From the IMG/VR virus record IMGVR_UViG_3300027816_000051, positions 62,001 to 126,000 of that record: DNA of 64,000 nt; one strand, 5' to 3'. A program made the position numbers and the translations under genes. The notes under the pieces were generated by a model. The model had not been told where the DNA came from. It searched no databases and worked only from the letters and a program-made list of their open reading frames with translations. Below, piece after piece: positions 54,901 through 64,000 of this stretch. The stretch's first letter is position 1; each line of letters begins with the position of its first letter.

Positions 54901-57900
54901 ACGAATACAGTTACACCGACCAATACTCCAACAAGAACTGTTACGCCTACCTTAACCCCTACAAATACTCCAACAAATACGGTAACTCCGACCAACACAC
55001 CAACTAACACACCAACTAACACAGTTACCCCGACTAACACCCCAACCAATACGGTAACCCCTACTAACACACCTACTAATACACCAACCAAGACTGTTAC
55101 TCCTACATTAACTCCTACCGTTACTCCAACGAATACAGTTACACCGACCAATACCCCGACTAATACTAATACCCCTACTAATACACCTACAAACACTCCT
55201 ACTAACACAGTAACCCCAACCAATACACCAACAAAAACTGTCACACCAACTTTAACCCCAACAAATACACCGACCAACACACCAACTAATACAGTGACTC
55301 CAACCAATACTGTTACCCCAACAAACACTCCAACCAAGACTGTTACTCCTACATTAACACCAACCAACACTCCGACCAATACGGTAACCCCTACAAATAC
55401 CCCAACTAACACCCCAACAAACACTGTTACGCCAACTAATACACCAACCAAGACTGTTACTCCTACATTAACTCCAACCAATACCCCTACTAATACCGTA
55501 ACCCCAACAAATACCCCAACAAACACTCCAACCAATACTGTAACACCAACGAATACTGTTACCCCAACATTGAGTCCTACTAATACCCCAACTAATACTG
55601 TAACACCCACCAACACACCCACCAACACACCAACAAATACTGTTACACCAACCAATACACCAACAAAAACCGTAACACCTACATTAACACCAACAAACAC
55701 TCCTACAAACACCCCAACAAATACCGTTACTCCAACCAACACCGTAACCCCAACTAACACACCAACTAATACGGTGACTCCCACCAATACCGTTACACCT
55801 ACAAACACTGTTACACCTACTAATACTGTTACACCTACTAATACTGTAACACCAACTAATACACCAACCAAGACTGTAACACCTACATTAACTCCAACCA
55901 ATACTCCAACAAACACCGTAACACCAACTCAGACACCGACTAATACTCCTACAAATACCGTAACTCCTACCAATACACCAACAAAAACTGTCACACCAAC
56001 TTTAACTCCAACAAATACCCCAACCAATACTGTTACACCAACTCAAACCCCTACGAATACACCAACTAATACAGTTACACCAACTAACACAGTCACCCCG
56101 ACCAACACACCTACCAATACCCCAACCAATACTGTTACACCTACCTTAACTCCTACAAATACTCCTACAAATACAGTAACCCCAACCAATACACCAACAA
56201 AAACCGTAACACCTACATTAACACCAACAAACACTCCTACAAACACTCCCACGAATTCCGTTACTCCTACTAATACTGTTACCCCCACTAACACCCCAAC
56301 TAACACAGTAACGCCGACTAATACTGTTACTCCAACCAATACCGTAACTCCTACAAATACGGTAACCCCAACCAATACTGTAACGCCAACTAATACCCCA
56401 ACCAAGACAGTTACACCAACTCAGACACCTACTAATACACCAACCAACACTGTAACACCAACTAACACACCTACCAACACTCCAACTAACACCGTAACTC
56501 CTACTAATACACCAACAAAAACTGTTACACCAACTCTAACACCAACAAATACCCCTACGAACACTGTAACTCCAACCAATACACCAACAAAAACTGTTAC
56601 ACCAACTTTAACTCCGACCAACACGGTAACCCCAACCAATACTCCTACTAATACTCCTACTAATACAGTAACCCCCACCAATACTCCGACCAATACGGTG
56701 ACTCCCACATTGAGTCCTACAGTTACCCCTACGAACACCGTTACACCAACAAATACCCCAACCAAGACTGTAACTCCTACATTAACTCCTACAAATACCC
56801 CTACTAATACTGTAACCCCTACCAATACTCCAACTAATACACCTACTAAAACTGTCACCCCTACAGTTACTCCTACTAATACAGTTACCCCAACCAACAC
56901 TCCCACAAACACTCCTACAAACACTGTAACCCCTACATTGAGTCCTACAGTTACCCCTACGAACACCGTTACACCAACAAATACCCCAACCAATACTCCG
57001 ACAAATACAGTTACACCGACCAATACGCCCACAAATACTCCTACTAATACTGTTACACCCACTAACACCCCAACAAATACTCCAACAAATACAGTTACAC
57101 CGACCAATACACCCACAAATACACCAACAAATACAGTTACACCGACCAACACACCAACAAAAACTGTAACACCAACTTTAACTCCAACCAATACACCCAC
57201 AAATACACCAACAAATACGGTTACACCAACAAATACAGTAACCCCAACTAATACACCGACTAAGACAGTCACCCCAACCAATACCCCAACAAATACTCCA
57301 ACCAACACACCAACTAACACGGTTACCCCAACCAATACTGTTACACCAACAAACACACCCACTAATACACCAACCAAGACTGTAACTCCTACATTGAGTC
57401 CTACAGTTACTCCTACTAATACAGTAACACCCACCAACACACCAACTAACACGGTTACCCCAACCAATACACCAACCAAGACTGTTACACCTACATTAAC
57501 ACCTACTAATACTCCGACCAATACTGTAACCCCTACATTGAGTCCTACAGTTACCCCTACGAACACCGTTACACCAACAAATACTCCTACAAACACCCCA
57601 ACCAAGACTGTTACACCTACATTAACACCTACTAATACTGTTACACCTACATTAACACCAACCAATACTCCAACGAACACTCCTACCAATACTCCTACAA
57701 ACACGGTAACACCAACAAACACTGTTACACCAACAAATACTCCTACAAACACTCCGACCAAGACTGTTACACCTACATTAACACCTACTAATACTCCTAC
57801 GAATACTGTTACCCCAACAAATACTCCAACAAGAACTGTTACTCCTACATTAACACCGACCAATACTCCTACGAATACTGTTACCCCAACAAATACTCCA

Positions 57901-60900
57901 ACAAATACACCTACTAATACAGTTACACCAACTAACACACCTACTAATACAGTTACACCAACCAACACCCCAACCAAGACTGTTACACCTACCTTAACTC
58001 CTACAAACACCCCAACCAATACTCCAACAAACACTGTTACGCCTACTAATACCCCGACTAATACGGTAACTCCTACAAATACCCCAACCAATACCCCAAC
58101 AAATACCGTTACTCCAACTAATACACCAACAAAAACTGTTACACCAACTCTAACCCCAACAAATACTCCAACCAACACACCAACTAATACGGTTACCCCA
58201 ACAAATACTGTTACCCCCACAAATACTCCAACCAAGACTGTCACCCCTACCAATACTCCTACAAACACCCCAACCAATACGGTAACTCCTACAAATACCC
58301 CAACCAATACTCCAACAAACACTGTTACGCCTACTAATACTCCGACTAATACAGTTACACCAACTCAGACACCTACTAATACACCAACAAAGACAGTTAC
58401 ACCAACTTTAACACCGACCAATACAGTTACACCTACATTGAGTCCTACAAATACTCCTACCAATACAGTAACACCAACAAATACACCAACTAACACCCCA
58501 ACAAATACCGTTACACCAACGAATACACCAACTAACACTCCGACTAACACTGTAACCCCAACTAATACCGTAACCCCAACAAGAACACCAGCAGCTACTG
58601 TTAGTCCAACAAATACTCCAACAAATACTCCTACGAATACTGTTACACCAACCAATACACCTACCAATACACCTACTAATACTGTTACACCAACCAACAC
58701 ACCAACTAAAACGGTTACACCTACGTTCACACCAACCAATACAGTAACTCCGACTAACACACCCACAAACACCCCAACCAATACCGTTACACCAACCAAT
58801 ACACCTACTAATACTCCAACCAATACTGTTACACCAACAAATACTCCTACTAATACTGTTACACCAACAAGAACACCAGCAGCTACTGTTAGTCCAACAA
58901 ATACTCCAACAAATACTCCTACGAATACTGTTACACCAACCAATACACCTACCAATACACCTACTAATACTGTTACACCTACTAACACTCCAACCAAAAC
59001 TGTAACACCAACCAATACTCCTACTAATACTGTTACACCCACAAACACCCCAACAAACACTCCAACAAATACAGTCACACCAACTAATACACCTACAAAT
59101 ACACCTACTAACACAGTCACACCCACCAACACACCGACCAATACAGTGACTCCAACAAGAACTCCGGCCGCCACTGTTAGTCCTACCCTTACACCCACAA
59201 ACACCCCAACCAATACCGTTACACCAACCAATACACCAACAAGAACCGTCACACCAACTTTTACACCTACTAACACTCCAACGAATACAGTCACACCAAC
59301 AAATACTCCAACCAATACGCCGACTAATACTGTTACACCAACCAATACCCCAACCAATACTGTTACTCCAACAAGAACTCCGGCAGCCACTGTTAGTCCT
59401 ACCCTTACACCAACCAATACCCCAACCAATACTCCAACAAATACAGTAACACCAACCAACACTGTCACACCGACCAATACTCCTACTAATACACCAACAA
59501 AAACTGTTACACCAACTTTTACACCAACCAATACTCCAACCAATACTGTAACACCAACCAATACTCCTACAAACACCCCAACAAACACCGTTACTCCTAC
59601 CAATACTCCTACCAATACTGTAACTCCTACGAGAACACCAGCGGCTACTGTTAGTCCAACATTAACACCGACTAACACACCAACAAACACACCTACTAAT
59701 ACTGTTACTCCAACAAATACAGTTACACCGACCAACACCCCTACTAACACCCCAACCAACACTGTTACTCCAACCAACACCCCAACTAATACTCCAACAA
59801 ATACGGTAACTCCAACCAATACCCCTACTAATACCGTAACCCCGACAAGAACACCAGCTGCCACTGTTAGTCCAACCTTAACTCCAACTAATACTCCAAC
59901 CAACACTCCAACTAATACAGTCACCCCTACGAATACAGTTACACCTACCAATACACCAACAAGAACAGTTACACCAACTTTAACTCCAACTAATACACCA
60001 ACCAACACTGTAACACCAACTAACACCCCAACTAATACTCCAACAAATACGGTAACTCCAACAAATACCCCAACAAATACTGTTACACCAACAAGAACAC
60101 CAGCGGCTACTGTTAGTCCAACATTAACACCAACAAATACACCTACCAATACCCCAACGAACACAGTAACCCCCACAAATACTGTTACCCCAACCAATAC
60201 CCCAACAAGAACTCCAGCAGCCACTGTTAGTCCTACGGTAACTCCAACAAATACCCCAACAAATACTGTTACACCAACAAGAACACCGGCTGCCACAGTT
60301 AGTCCAACCGTAACACCAACTAACACTCCAACAAATACTGTTACACCAACATTGACACCAACCAAAACAGTAACCCCAACGGCTAGTCCTCAGTATGTTG
60401 CTGCTAGATTTGAATCATGTTGTCCTGGTGACACCAATGTTTATTATGGTCAAGTACCATTAGGTACATTGTTAGGTACGGTATTTTATTTACAAGACAT
60501 TCAGTTATGTGCAACGTATGTGCAACAGGTAGGACCTGGAGGTACGATTTACACTACTGTTCAGACAAGTTGTGCACAATGTTTAGGAGAAACTCTAAAT
60601 TTTTGTCCATCACCAACCCCGACACCAACACCAACCAGAACTGTTACACCTACGAATACGGTAACCCCTACCAATACACCAACAAGAACAGTTACACCAA
60701 CTCTCACACCAACCAATACCCCAACAAATACTGTTACTCCAACAAGAACTCCAGCCGCCACTGTTAGCCCTACGGTAACCCCTACCAATACACCAACAAG
60801 AACAGTTACACCAACTTTAACCCCGACTAACACCCCAACCAATAGTGTTACTCCTACGAGAACACCATCCGTAACCCCTACCAATACACCAACAAAAACA

Positions 60901-62367
60901 GTTACACCAACTTTAACTCCTACATTAACACCAACAAGCACAGTAACACCATCACCATCCTTACAGGTTGGTTATGTTTATTTATTACCATGTTGTGATG
61001 GTGGTATTTTAGGTAATACTATTTCTTATTTAAGTATAACAACTAATTTGACCTATGTTCAAAGCGGTATTTCACAAGGTCAAACTATTGTTATAAATGG
61101 ATGTTGTTATTTTGTTGAAGGTTATAGTCAAACCTACTCACCACCAAACTTTAGTGGGGTTGACGGGTATTATCCACCATCATCATTTAGTGTTGATACA
61201 TGTGAAACATGTATTGGAGCTAACCCATGCGCCACTTGGATTTTCGATTTACAAAGATGTGGATGTTGTGGTACAACAGGACAATATACAATTCAATTTG
61301 GTTGTCAAAATGGATTTAACCCAAATCTTTTAGTAAACCGTTATATATCAATTAATGGTTGTTGTTATTTTGTTACAAACTCAGTCGGACCAGGAGTACC
61401 TGGTTCCGCAATCACTGCGTATGGTACATACAATACATGTACTGAATGTGAAACTTATCACCCTTGTCCTTCACCAACCCCAACAGTTACACCAACAGTT
61501 ACACCAACTTTAACCCCAACAAAAACACCGACAAATACACCAACAAGGACAGTTACTCCAACTTTAACACCAACCAATACTCCTACAAATACACCAACCA
61601 AGACTGTAACTCCAACCTTTACCCCTACAAATACACCAACCAAGACTGTAACTCCAACCTTTACCCCTACAAATACTCCAACCAAGACTGTAACTCCAAC
61701 CTTTACCCCTACAAATACTCCAACAAGGACAGTTACTCCAACTTTAACACCAACCAATACTCCTACAAATACACCAACCAAGACTGTAACTCCAACAAAC
61801 ACTCCAACAAACACTCCAACACCATCTCCGGTTTCAAATCCGTCATCAACCCCAACCCCAACTCCAACTCCGACCCCAACCCCAACTCCACCATGTGTTT
61901 GTGAGTCATATATTATTACAGGATTAGGACCTGGTAATATAGTTAACTATACCACTTGTTGCGGTGGAGGAACACCCACAGAAATACTTGACCCAAATGT
62001 GTACCCAGCAAGTGGTACAATTGAGATATGTTCATGTAGTATTCCAAGTGTATTAGGTCCTTATGGTGGGGAGATAACGTATGATGGTGCTTGTGGTGAT
62101 TGTTTGTGTACAGACTTTTTTGTTGATATTAATGATTTAACAGCCTCAGATGATAATCAAGTATACTTTGCATACCAATGTTGTGATGGTACATTCACAA
62201 CACAAGGTTATAACGCCCCTGGTAATTATAGCGTTTGTCTTATGAGAGTGACAAATGTGTTTATATTGTTTAGAGGAAACTTCGTACCACCAATATATAC
62301 TTCGCAATATACATACGGTACTGGTTGTGGTGATTATTGTAACACATTTTGTGGAGAAGCATGTTAA
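45949..62367 (+). CDS. giant mucin-like Thr/Pro-repeat protein (5472 aa) with Cys-rich terminal modules; putative virion fibre
   Basis: Uninterrupted 16.4-kb frame. It has a unique N-domain of about 65 aa, about 4750 aa of TPTN/TVTP repeats, then Cys-rich modules separated by shorter PT linkers. It lies right after the baseplate block. The function is inferred. Confidence 0.8.
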   Translation: MALIKINTGNFDGEIGVITFYPCTGGTLNLGTVVMPYYYDTNYYLGTYSVYFPSLDKTCVAEIPCPTPSPTPSPTLTPSLTPTPTTFTSNTPTPTVTKTPTVTPTVTKTPTVTPTNTITPTNTPTNTVTPTNTPTNEPTVTPTETPTVTPTNTVTPTNTPTNTPTVTPTETPTVTPTNTVTPTESPANTPTVTPTNTVTPTETPTVTPTETPTVTPTNTVTPTNTPTETPTNTPTNTVTPTETPTVTPTNTVTPTETPTNTPTHTVTPTETPTNTPTNTPTETPTNTPTNTVTPTNTPTETPTETPTNTPTNTVTPTVTPTVTPTVTPTNTVTPTNTPTETPTETPTNTPTNTVTLTVTPTETPTNTPTNTPTNTVTPTLSPTVTPTETPTNTPTNTITPTNTPTNTSTVTPTNTVTPTNTPTVTQTETPTLTPTNTATVTPTQTPTNTPTNTVTPTVTPTNTPTVTPTNTVAPTNTPTNTPTETPTNTPTNTPTNTPTETPTLTPTNTVTPTNTVTPTNTVTVTPTETVTPTNTPTNTPTNTPTNTVTPTNTPTNTVTPTNTPTNTPTLSPTNTVTPTNTPTNTPTNTVTPTQTPTNTPTNTVTPTNTPTNTPTNTVTPTNTPTNTPTNTPTNTVTPTNTVTPTNTPTNTPTNTVTPTLSPTVTPTNTVTPTNTPTNTPTNTVTPTLSPTVTPTNTVTPTNTPTNTPTNTPTNTVTPTLSPTVTPTNTVTPTNTPTNTVTPTNTVTPTNTPSVTVTVSPTPAPSCDIDYTMLPSPTPTSTPTPTNTPTVTPTNTVTPSVTLTNTPTNTPTNTVTPTNTPTNTPTKTVTPTLTPTNTPTNTVTPTNTPTNTPTNTVTPTLSPTVTPTNTVTPTNTPTNTPTNTVTPTLTPTATPTNTVTPTNTPTLSPTNTPTNTVTPTNTVTPTNTPTNTPTNTPTNTVTPTNTPTNTVTPTNTPTNTPTNTATPTNTPTNTPTNTVTPTNTPTNTPTNTVSPTLTPTNTPTNTVTPTNTPTNTPTNTVTPTNTPTNTPTNTVTPTNTPTNTPTNTVTPTLSPTVTPTNTVTPTQTPTNTPTNTVTPTNTPTNTPTNTPTNTVTPTNTPTNTPTVTPTNTVTPTNTPTVTPTNTVTPTNTPTNTPTNTATNTVTPTNTPTNTPTNTVTPTNTPTNTPTNTVTPTLTPTNTPTNTPTNTVTPTNTVTPTNTPTNTPTNTPTNTVTPTNTPTNTVTPTNTPTNTPTNTVTPTNTPTNTPTNTVTPTNTPTNTPTNTVTPTNTPTNTPTNTVTPTNTPTNTSTNTVTPTNTPTNTPTNTVTPTNTPTVTPTNTVTPTNTPTNTPTNTVTPTNTPTNTPTNTVTPTNTPTNTPTNTVTPTNTPTNTPTNTVTPTNTPTNTPTNTVTPTNTPTNTPTNTVTPTLSPTVTPTNTVTPTNTPTNTPTNTVTPTNTPTNTPTNTVTPTNTPTNTPTNTVTPTLSPTVTPTNTVTPTNTPTNTPTNTVTPTLSPTVTPTSTVTPTNTPTLSPTNTPTNTVTPTNTVTPTNTPTNTPTNTVTPTLTPTNTPTNTPTNTVSPTNTVTPTNTPTNTPTNTPTNTVTPTNTPTNTPTNTVTPTNTPTNTPTNTVTPTLSPTVTPTNTVTPTNTPTNTPTNTVTPTLSPTVTPTNTVTPTNTPTNTPTNTVTPTQTPTNTPTNTVTPTNTPTNTPTNTVTPTNTPTNTPTNTPTNTVTPTNTVTPTNTPTNTPTNTPTNTVTPTQTPTNTPTKTVTPTLSPTVTPTNTVTPTNTPTNTPTNTVTPTNTPTVTPTNTVTPTNTPTNTPTNTVTPTNTPTNTPTSTVTPTLSPTLTPTNTVTPTLSPTVTPTRTVTPTLTPTNTPTNTVTPTNTPTNTPTNTPTNTVTPTNTVTPTNTPTNTPTNTPTNTVTPTNTPTKTVTPTNTPTNTPTNTVTPTNTPTNTPTNTVTPTNTPTNTVTPTNTPTVTPTNTVTPTLSPTVTPTNTVTPTQTPTNTPTNTVTPTNTPTNTPTNTVTPTNTPTNTVTPTNTPTNTPTNTVTPTNTPTNTPTNTVTPTNTVTPTNTPTNTPTNTVTPTLSPTVTPTNTVTPTNTPTKTVTPTLSPTVTPTNTVTPTQTPTNTPTNTVTPTNTPTNTPTNTVTPTNTPTNTPTNTVTPTLSPTVTPTNTVTPTNTPTNTPTNTVTPTNTPTNTPTNTVTPTNTPTRTVTPTLTPTNTPTNTVTPTNTPTNTPTNTVTPTLTPTVTPTNTVTPTNTPTNTPTNTVTPTNTPTNTPTNTVTPTNTPTNTPTNTVTPTNTPTNTPTNTVTPTNTPTKTVTPTLSPTVTPTNTVTPTNTPTNTPTNTVTPTNTPTNTPTNTVTPTNTPTNTPTNTVTPTLSPTVTPTNTVTPTNTPTNTPTNTVTPTLSPTVTPTNTVTPTNTPTNTPTNTVTPTSTPTRTVTPTLTPTNTPTNTVTPTNTPTNTPTNTVTPTNTPTNTPTNTVTPTNTPTNTPTNTVTPTNTPTRTVTPTLTPTNTPTNTVTPTNTPTNTPTNTVTPTNTPTNTPTNTVTPTLSPTVTPTNTVTPTNTPTNTPTNTVTPTNTPTKTVTPTLSPTVTPTNTVTPTNTPTNTPTNTVTPTNTPTNTPTNTVTPTNTPTNTITPTNTPTKTVTPTLTPTNTPTNTPTNTVTPTNTVTPTNTPTNTVTPTNTPTNTPTNTPTNTVTPTNTPTKTVTPTLTPTNTVTPTNTPTNTPTNTVTPTNTPTNTPTNTVTPTNTPTNTVTPTLSPTVTPTNTVTPTNTPTKTVTPTLTPTNTPTNTVTPTNTPTNTVTPTNTPTNTPTNTVTPTQTPTNTPTNTVTPTNTPTNTVTPTLSPTVTPTNTVTPTNTPTNTPTNTVTPTNTPTKTVTPTLTPTNTPTNTVTPTNTPTNTVTPTLTPTNTPTNTPTNTVTPTNTVTPTNTPTKTVTPTQTPTNTPTNTPTNTVTPTNTVTPTNTPTNTVTPTNTVTPTNTVTPTNTVTPTNTVTPTNTPTRTVTPTLTPTNTPTNTVTPTNTPTNTPTNTVTPTNTPTNTVTPTNTPTNTPTKTVTPTLTPTVTPTNTVTPTNTPTNTNTPTNTPTNTPTNTVTPTNTPTKTVTPTLTPTNTPTNTPTNTVTPTNTVTPTNTPTKTVTPTLTPTNTPTNTVTPTNTPTNTPTNTVTPTNTPTKTVTPTLTPTNTPTNTVTPTNTPTNTPTNTVTPTNTVTPTLSPTNTPTNTVTPTNTPTNTPTNTVTPTNTPTKTVTPTLTPTNTPTNTPTNTVTPTNTVTPTNTPTNTVTPTNTVTPTNTVTPTNTVTPTNTVTPTNTPTKTVTPTLTPTNTPTNTVTPTQTPTNTPTNTVTPTNTPTKTVTPTLTPTNTPTNTVTPTQTPTNTPTNTVTPTNTVTPTNTPTNTPTNTVTPTLTPTNTPTNTVTPTNTPTKTVTPTLTPTNTPTNTPTNSVTPTNTVTPTNTPTNTVTPTNTVTPTNTVTPTNTVTPTNTVTPTNTPTKTVTPTQTPTNTPTNTVTPTNTPTNTPTNTVTPTNTPTKTVTPTLTPTNTPTNTVTPTNTPTKTVTPTLTPTNTVTPTNTPTNTPTNTVTPTNTPTNTVTPTLSPTVTPTNTVTPTNTPTKTVTPTLTPTNTPTNTVTPTNTPTNTPTKTVTPTVTPTNTVTPTNTPTNTPTNTVTPTLSPTVTPTNTVTPTNTPTNTPTNTVTPTNTPTNTPTNTVTPTNTPTNTPTNTVTPTNTPTNTPTNTVTPTNTPTKTVTPTLTPTNTPTNTPTNTVTPTNTVTPTNTPTKTVTPTNTPTNTPTNTPTNTVTPTNTVTPTNTPTNTPTKTVTPTLSPTVTPTNTVTPTNTPTNTVTPTNTPTKTVTPTLTPTNTPTNTVTPTLSPTVTPTNTVTPTNTPTNTPTKTVTPTLTPTNTVTPTLTPTNTPTNTPTNTPTNTVTPTNTVTPTNTPTNTPTKTVTPTLTPTNTPTNTVTPTNTPTRTVTPTLTPTNTPTNTVTPTNTPTNTPTNTVTPTNTPTNTVTPTNTPTKTVTPTLTPTNTPTNTPTNTVTPTNTPTNTVTPTNTPTNTPTNTVTPTNTPTKTVTPTLTPTNTPTNTPTNTVTPTNTVTPTNTPTKTVTPTNTPTNTPTNTVTPTNTPTNTPTNTVTPTNTPTNTVTPTQTPTNTPTKTVTPTLTPTNTVTPTLSPTNTPTNTVTPTNTPTNTPTNTVTPTNTPTNTPTNTVTPTNTVTPTRTPAATVSPTNTPTNTPTNTVTPTNTPTNTPTNTVTPTNTPTKTVTPTFTPTNTVTPTNTPTNTPTNTVTPTNTPTNTPTNTVTPTNTPTNTVTPTRTPAATVSPTNTPTNTPTNTVTPTNTPTNTPTNTVTPTNTPTKTVTPTNTPTNTVTPTNTPTNTPTNTVTPTNTPTNTPTNTVTPTNTPTNTVTPTRTPAATVSPTLTPTNTPTNTVTPTNTPTRTVTPTFTPTNTPTNTVTPTNTPTNTPTNTVTPTNTPTNTVTPTRTPAATVSPTLTPTNTPTNTPTNTVTPTNTVTPTNTPTNTPTKTVTPTFTPTNTPTNTVTPTNTPTNTPTNTVTPTNTPTNTVTPTRTPAATVSPTLTPTNTPTNTPTNTVTPTNTVTPTNTPTNTPTNTVTPTNTPTNTPTNTVTPTNTPTNTVTPTRTPAATVSPTLTPTNTPTNTPTNTVTPTNTVTPTNTPTRTVTPTLTPTNTPTNTVTPTNTPTNTPTNTVTPTNTPTNTVTPTRTPAATVSPTLTPTNTPTNTPTNTVTPTNTVTPTNTPTRTPAATVSPTVTPTNTPTNTVTPTRTPAATVSPTVTPTNTPTNTVTPTLTPTKTVTPTASPQYVAARFESCCPGDTNVYYGQVPLGTLLGTVFYLQDIQLCATYVQQVGPGGTIYTTVQTSCAQCLGETLNFCPSPTPTPTPTRTVTPTNTVTPTNTPTRTVTPTLTPTNTPTNTVTPTRTPAATVSPTVTPTNTPTRTVTPTLTPTNTPTNSVTPTRTPSVTPTNTPTKTVTPTLTPTLTPTSTVTPSPSLQVGYVYLLPCCDGGILGNTISYLSITTNLTYVQSGISQGQTIVINGCCYFVEGYSQTYSPPNFSGVDGYYPPSSFSVDTCETCIGANPCATWIFDLQRCGCCGTTGQYTIQFGCQNGFNPNLLVNRYISINGCCYFVTNSVGPGVPGSAITAYGTYNTCTECETYHPCPSPTPTVTPTVTPTLTPTKTPTNTPTRTVTPTLTPTNTPTNTPTKTVTPTFTPTNTPTKTVTPTFTPTNTPTKTVTPTFTPTNTPTRTVTPTLTPTNTPTNTPTKTVTPTNTPTNTPTPSPVSNPSSTPTPTPTPTPTPTPPCVCESYIITGLGPGNIVNYTTCCGGGTPTEILDPNVYPASGTIEICSCSIPSVLGPYGGEITYDGACGDCLCTDFFVDINDLTASDDNQVYFAYQCCDGTFTTQGYNAPGNYSVCLMRVTNVFILFRGNFVPPIYTSQYTYGTGCGDYCNTFCGEAC
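46144..60390 (+). repeat. degenerate coding tandem repeat (12- and 18-nt units encoding TPTN and TPTNTV)
   Basis: ACN-CCN-ACN-AAY and ACN-GTN units with varied third positions. The + strand is extremely A/C-rich and G-poor. Confidence 0.95.
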
Positions 62368-62411
62368 TGATAAAATAATGATTTAAGTATTTATAGAAAG
62401 AATAGTAATAA

Positions 62412-64000
62412 ATGCCAGCACAAATAATAACATTTCAAAATTGTTTAGACCCAGCGTCATACTATGATTTTGTCGTCGATGACAGTTTAGTATTATCGGG
62501 TGACACGATTTTTGCTGATTACCAATGTTGGTCTTCAACAGGAAATGTCGGAGGTGGACCGTCAGGTACGGTTATTTTTAGTGGTTATACAACCTGTGAA
62601 CAATGTAACGACGATTTTAATGGGTGGCAATTTGAACATTGCCAAATACCAGGGGCATTTGTTTACTTTGGTTTAAAAAATTCAGAAGTTAATCAGTATT
62701 TCCAAAGTACAGGTGCAACAATTTCTTATGATGGTACATGTTACAACTATACAGGAGTTTATGAACAAGGCACTGGTAGCACCACTTACAATTATACTGT
62801 TGCACAATTAATTTCTGAAAATGCTCTTTTTACAAATTGTATTGACTGTTTAACACCACCAAGTCCAACTCCTACCCCTACTCCAACACCCACACCAACT
62901 TTATGTTACTCAGGTATAACCGATTCACCAAATTGGTATTATACGGACTGTTGTGGTGTATATCATAGTGGTTCATTTTCACCAACATATGTTTGTTACG
63001 ACCCGAGTTACCCATATGCAGGGATATCTTTCAATGGTTTCTGTACTGTAGTTTGTCCGAGTGTGACCCCAACTCCAACACCCACATTAACACAAACTCC
63101 TTCCGAAACTCCTTCCGAAACCCCAACCCCAACAAATACTGTAACTCCAACAAAAACTCCAAGTCTAACTCCGACACCTTCGGTTACACCAACAAATACA
63201 CCCACAAATACACCGTCAAGTACGTTAGGTTCGACACCTTCGGTTACACCAACAAATACACCCACAAATACCCCTTCATTAACACCTTCGGTAACTGTTA
63301 GTGTAACACCCACAGTAACCCCATCACCTTCACTAGTACCTACAGGATGTACTCAATATACATTCTCATTACACCCAATTTATTTTTTAACGCAAGCCGG
63401 ACCTTATAATATTTCGGGAACAACAACAGGAGGAACTATAGTATTAATTGCAACTGGTGTGACAACATCTCAATTATTATCTGGGTATACCGCACTTGTG
63501 TGTTATTCAATAACAACATTTACAGTTCAAAGTACTGGTACGTGTACTAATTCTGTGAATTTTACATTACCTGTACCTATTGTATCTCCAACCCCGACCC
63601 CAACAAAAACCCCAACACCAAGTCCATCCGGTAATCCAGTTGCGACCCCAAGTGTAACACCTACTAATACCGTAACCCCGACCCTGACCCCAACACCATC
63701 AGGTGGTTGTAGTGATTCAGTTAGAAATACTCTTGCCGCAACGAATTCATATTCTGCCGTTGGTAGACAAGGTATGGTTTATTCATCATCAAATAACAAA
63801 GCATACGTTCTAAACGCATCAAGTGTTGTACAATCTTTTGTCCCAAATTCAACAAGTTTAACAAATGAATTTACATGGTCAGGAAGTAGTTTATTATTAG
63901 GATATAACTCAACTAACAACAAATTATACAGTTGGGAATCATCATTTCCTGTTAAAATGTTAATAAGAAATTTAAACACAAACACAACATCGTCAATATC
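62412..64000 (+). CDS. 3'-truncated Cys-rich / Pro-Thr-linker protein, possibly entering a beta-propeller (absent from the ORF track)
   Basis: Manual translation from ATG 62412 gives MPAQIITFQNCLDP...CEQC...CIDC...TPTPTP...YTDCCG...VYSSSNNKAYV...GYNSTNNKLY, open to the window end. TATTTAT at 62388-62394. Confidence 0.85.
   Translation, partial: MPAQIITFQNCLDPASYYDFVVDDSLVLSGDTIFADYQCWSSTGNVGGGPSGTVIFSGYTTCEQCNDDFNGWQFEHCQIPGAFVYFGLKNSEVNQYFQSTGATISYDGTCYNYTGVYEQGTGSTTYNYTVAQLISENALFTNCIDCLTPPSPTPTPTPTPTPTLCYSGITDSPNWYYTDCCGVYHSGSFSPTYVCYDPSYPYAGISFNGFCTVVCPSVTPTPTPTLTQTPSETPSETPTPTNTVTPTKTPSLTPTPSVTPTNTPTNTPSSTLGSTPSVTPTNTPTNTPSLTPSVTVSVTPTVTPSPSLVPTGCTQYTFSLHPIYFLTQAGPYNISGTTTGGTIVLIATGVTTSQLLSGYTALVCYSITTFTVQSTGTCTNSVNFTLPVPIVSPTPTPTKTPTPSPSGNPVATPSVTPTNTVTPTLTPTPSGGCSDSVRNTLAATNSYSAVGRQGMVYSSSNNKAYVLNASSVVQSFVPNSTSLTNEFTWSGSSLLLGYNSTNNKLYSWESSFPVKMLIRNLNTNTTSSI

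Noticed and set aside
46144-60390. CRISPR array or non-coding satellite interpretation of the long repeat
   Set aside because: There is no constant repeat with unique spacers. Variation concentrates at third codon positions and the frame is preserved, which indicates protein-level constraint.
46098-61814. Long minus-strand Val/Gly-repeat ORFs of up to 694 aa (also 735-1103 and 63008-63313)
   Set aside because: They are shadows of the ACN/CCN codon repeat on the + strand. Many break where the + protein has Thr-Gln (ACT CAR gives TGA in antisense), and they have no independent start signals.
45949-62367. Pure assembly artefact
   Set aside because: The units differ at the DNA level, the variants are regionally zoned and the frame stays intact. 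The exact length still needs long-read confirmation.
63172-63271. Direct repeat of about 40 nt with 60-nt period
   Set aside because: It is an in-frame duplication within a Pro/Thr linker ([14 protein letters not shown]) and not a separate element.
62993-63301. 102-aa + strand ORF, and similar off-frame ORFs at 60507, 61097 and 61464
   Set aside because: These are alternate-frame shadows inside longer real genes.
1-64000. Stop-codon reassignment (no called gene ends in TAG)
   Set aside because: Genes are full length and densely packed under the standard code, with no in-frame TAG or TGA interrupting them, so there is no positive evidence for recoding.
1-64000. tRNA genes, integrase or transposase, reverse transcriptase/DGR
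   Set aside because: None was recognised. Intergenic gaps are short, show no cloverleaf or TTCGA-arm context, and no ORF carries the relevant catalytic motifs.

Overview
The window is a segment of a large, AT-rich, T4-like contractile-tailed (myovirus) phage genome, with almost every gene on the + strand. It holds four blocks. (1) A tail module: a tail-completion-like protein fused to a beta-propeller, then sheath, tube, chaperone pair, tape measure and baseplate hub genes (1-20.7 kb). (2) A replication and nucleotide cassette: gp32-like SSB, UvsX/RecA, 5'-3' exonuclease, DnaB/gp41-like helicase, nrdB and nrdA (22-30.3 kb). (3) A baseplate wedge and structural block (30.4-45.9 kb). (4) A 5472-aa Thr/Pro/Asn/Val repeat protein with Cys-rich caps, followed by a second, truncated Cys-rich Pro/Thr protein. 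The most notable non-routine signals are these. The sheath-tube intergenic region contains a perfect parS-type palindrome, a 9x CTAG array and an inward-pointing promoter, and may be an origin/segregation locus. The giant mucin-like protein shows a charge gradient along its length. A TATTTAT motif sits just upstream of ten genes. A 58-aa ribbon-helix-helix-like gene missing from the ORF track has a candidate operator. A +1/-2 frameshift candidate lies before the tape measure gene. An OmpA-like domain is inserted in a tube-initiator-like protein. GATC appears to be avoided. All product calls come from motifs and synteny read by eye; no database search was run.
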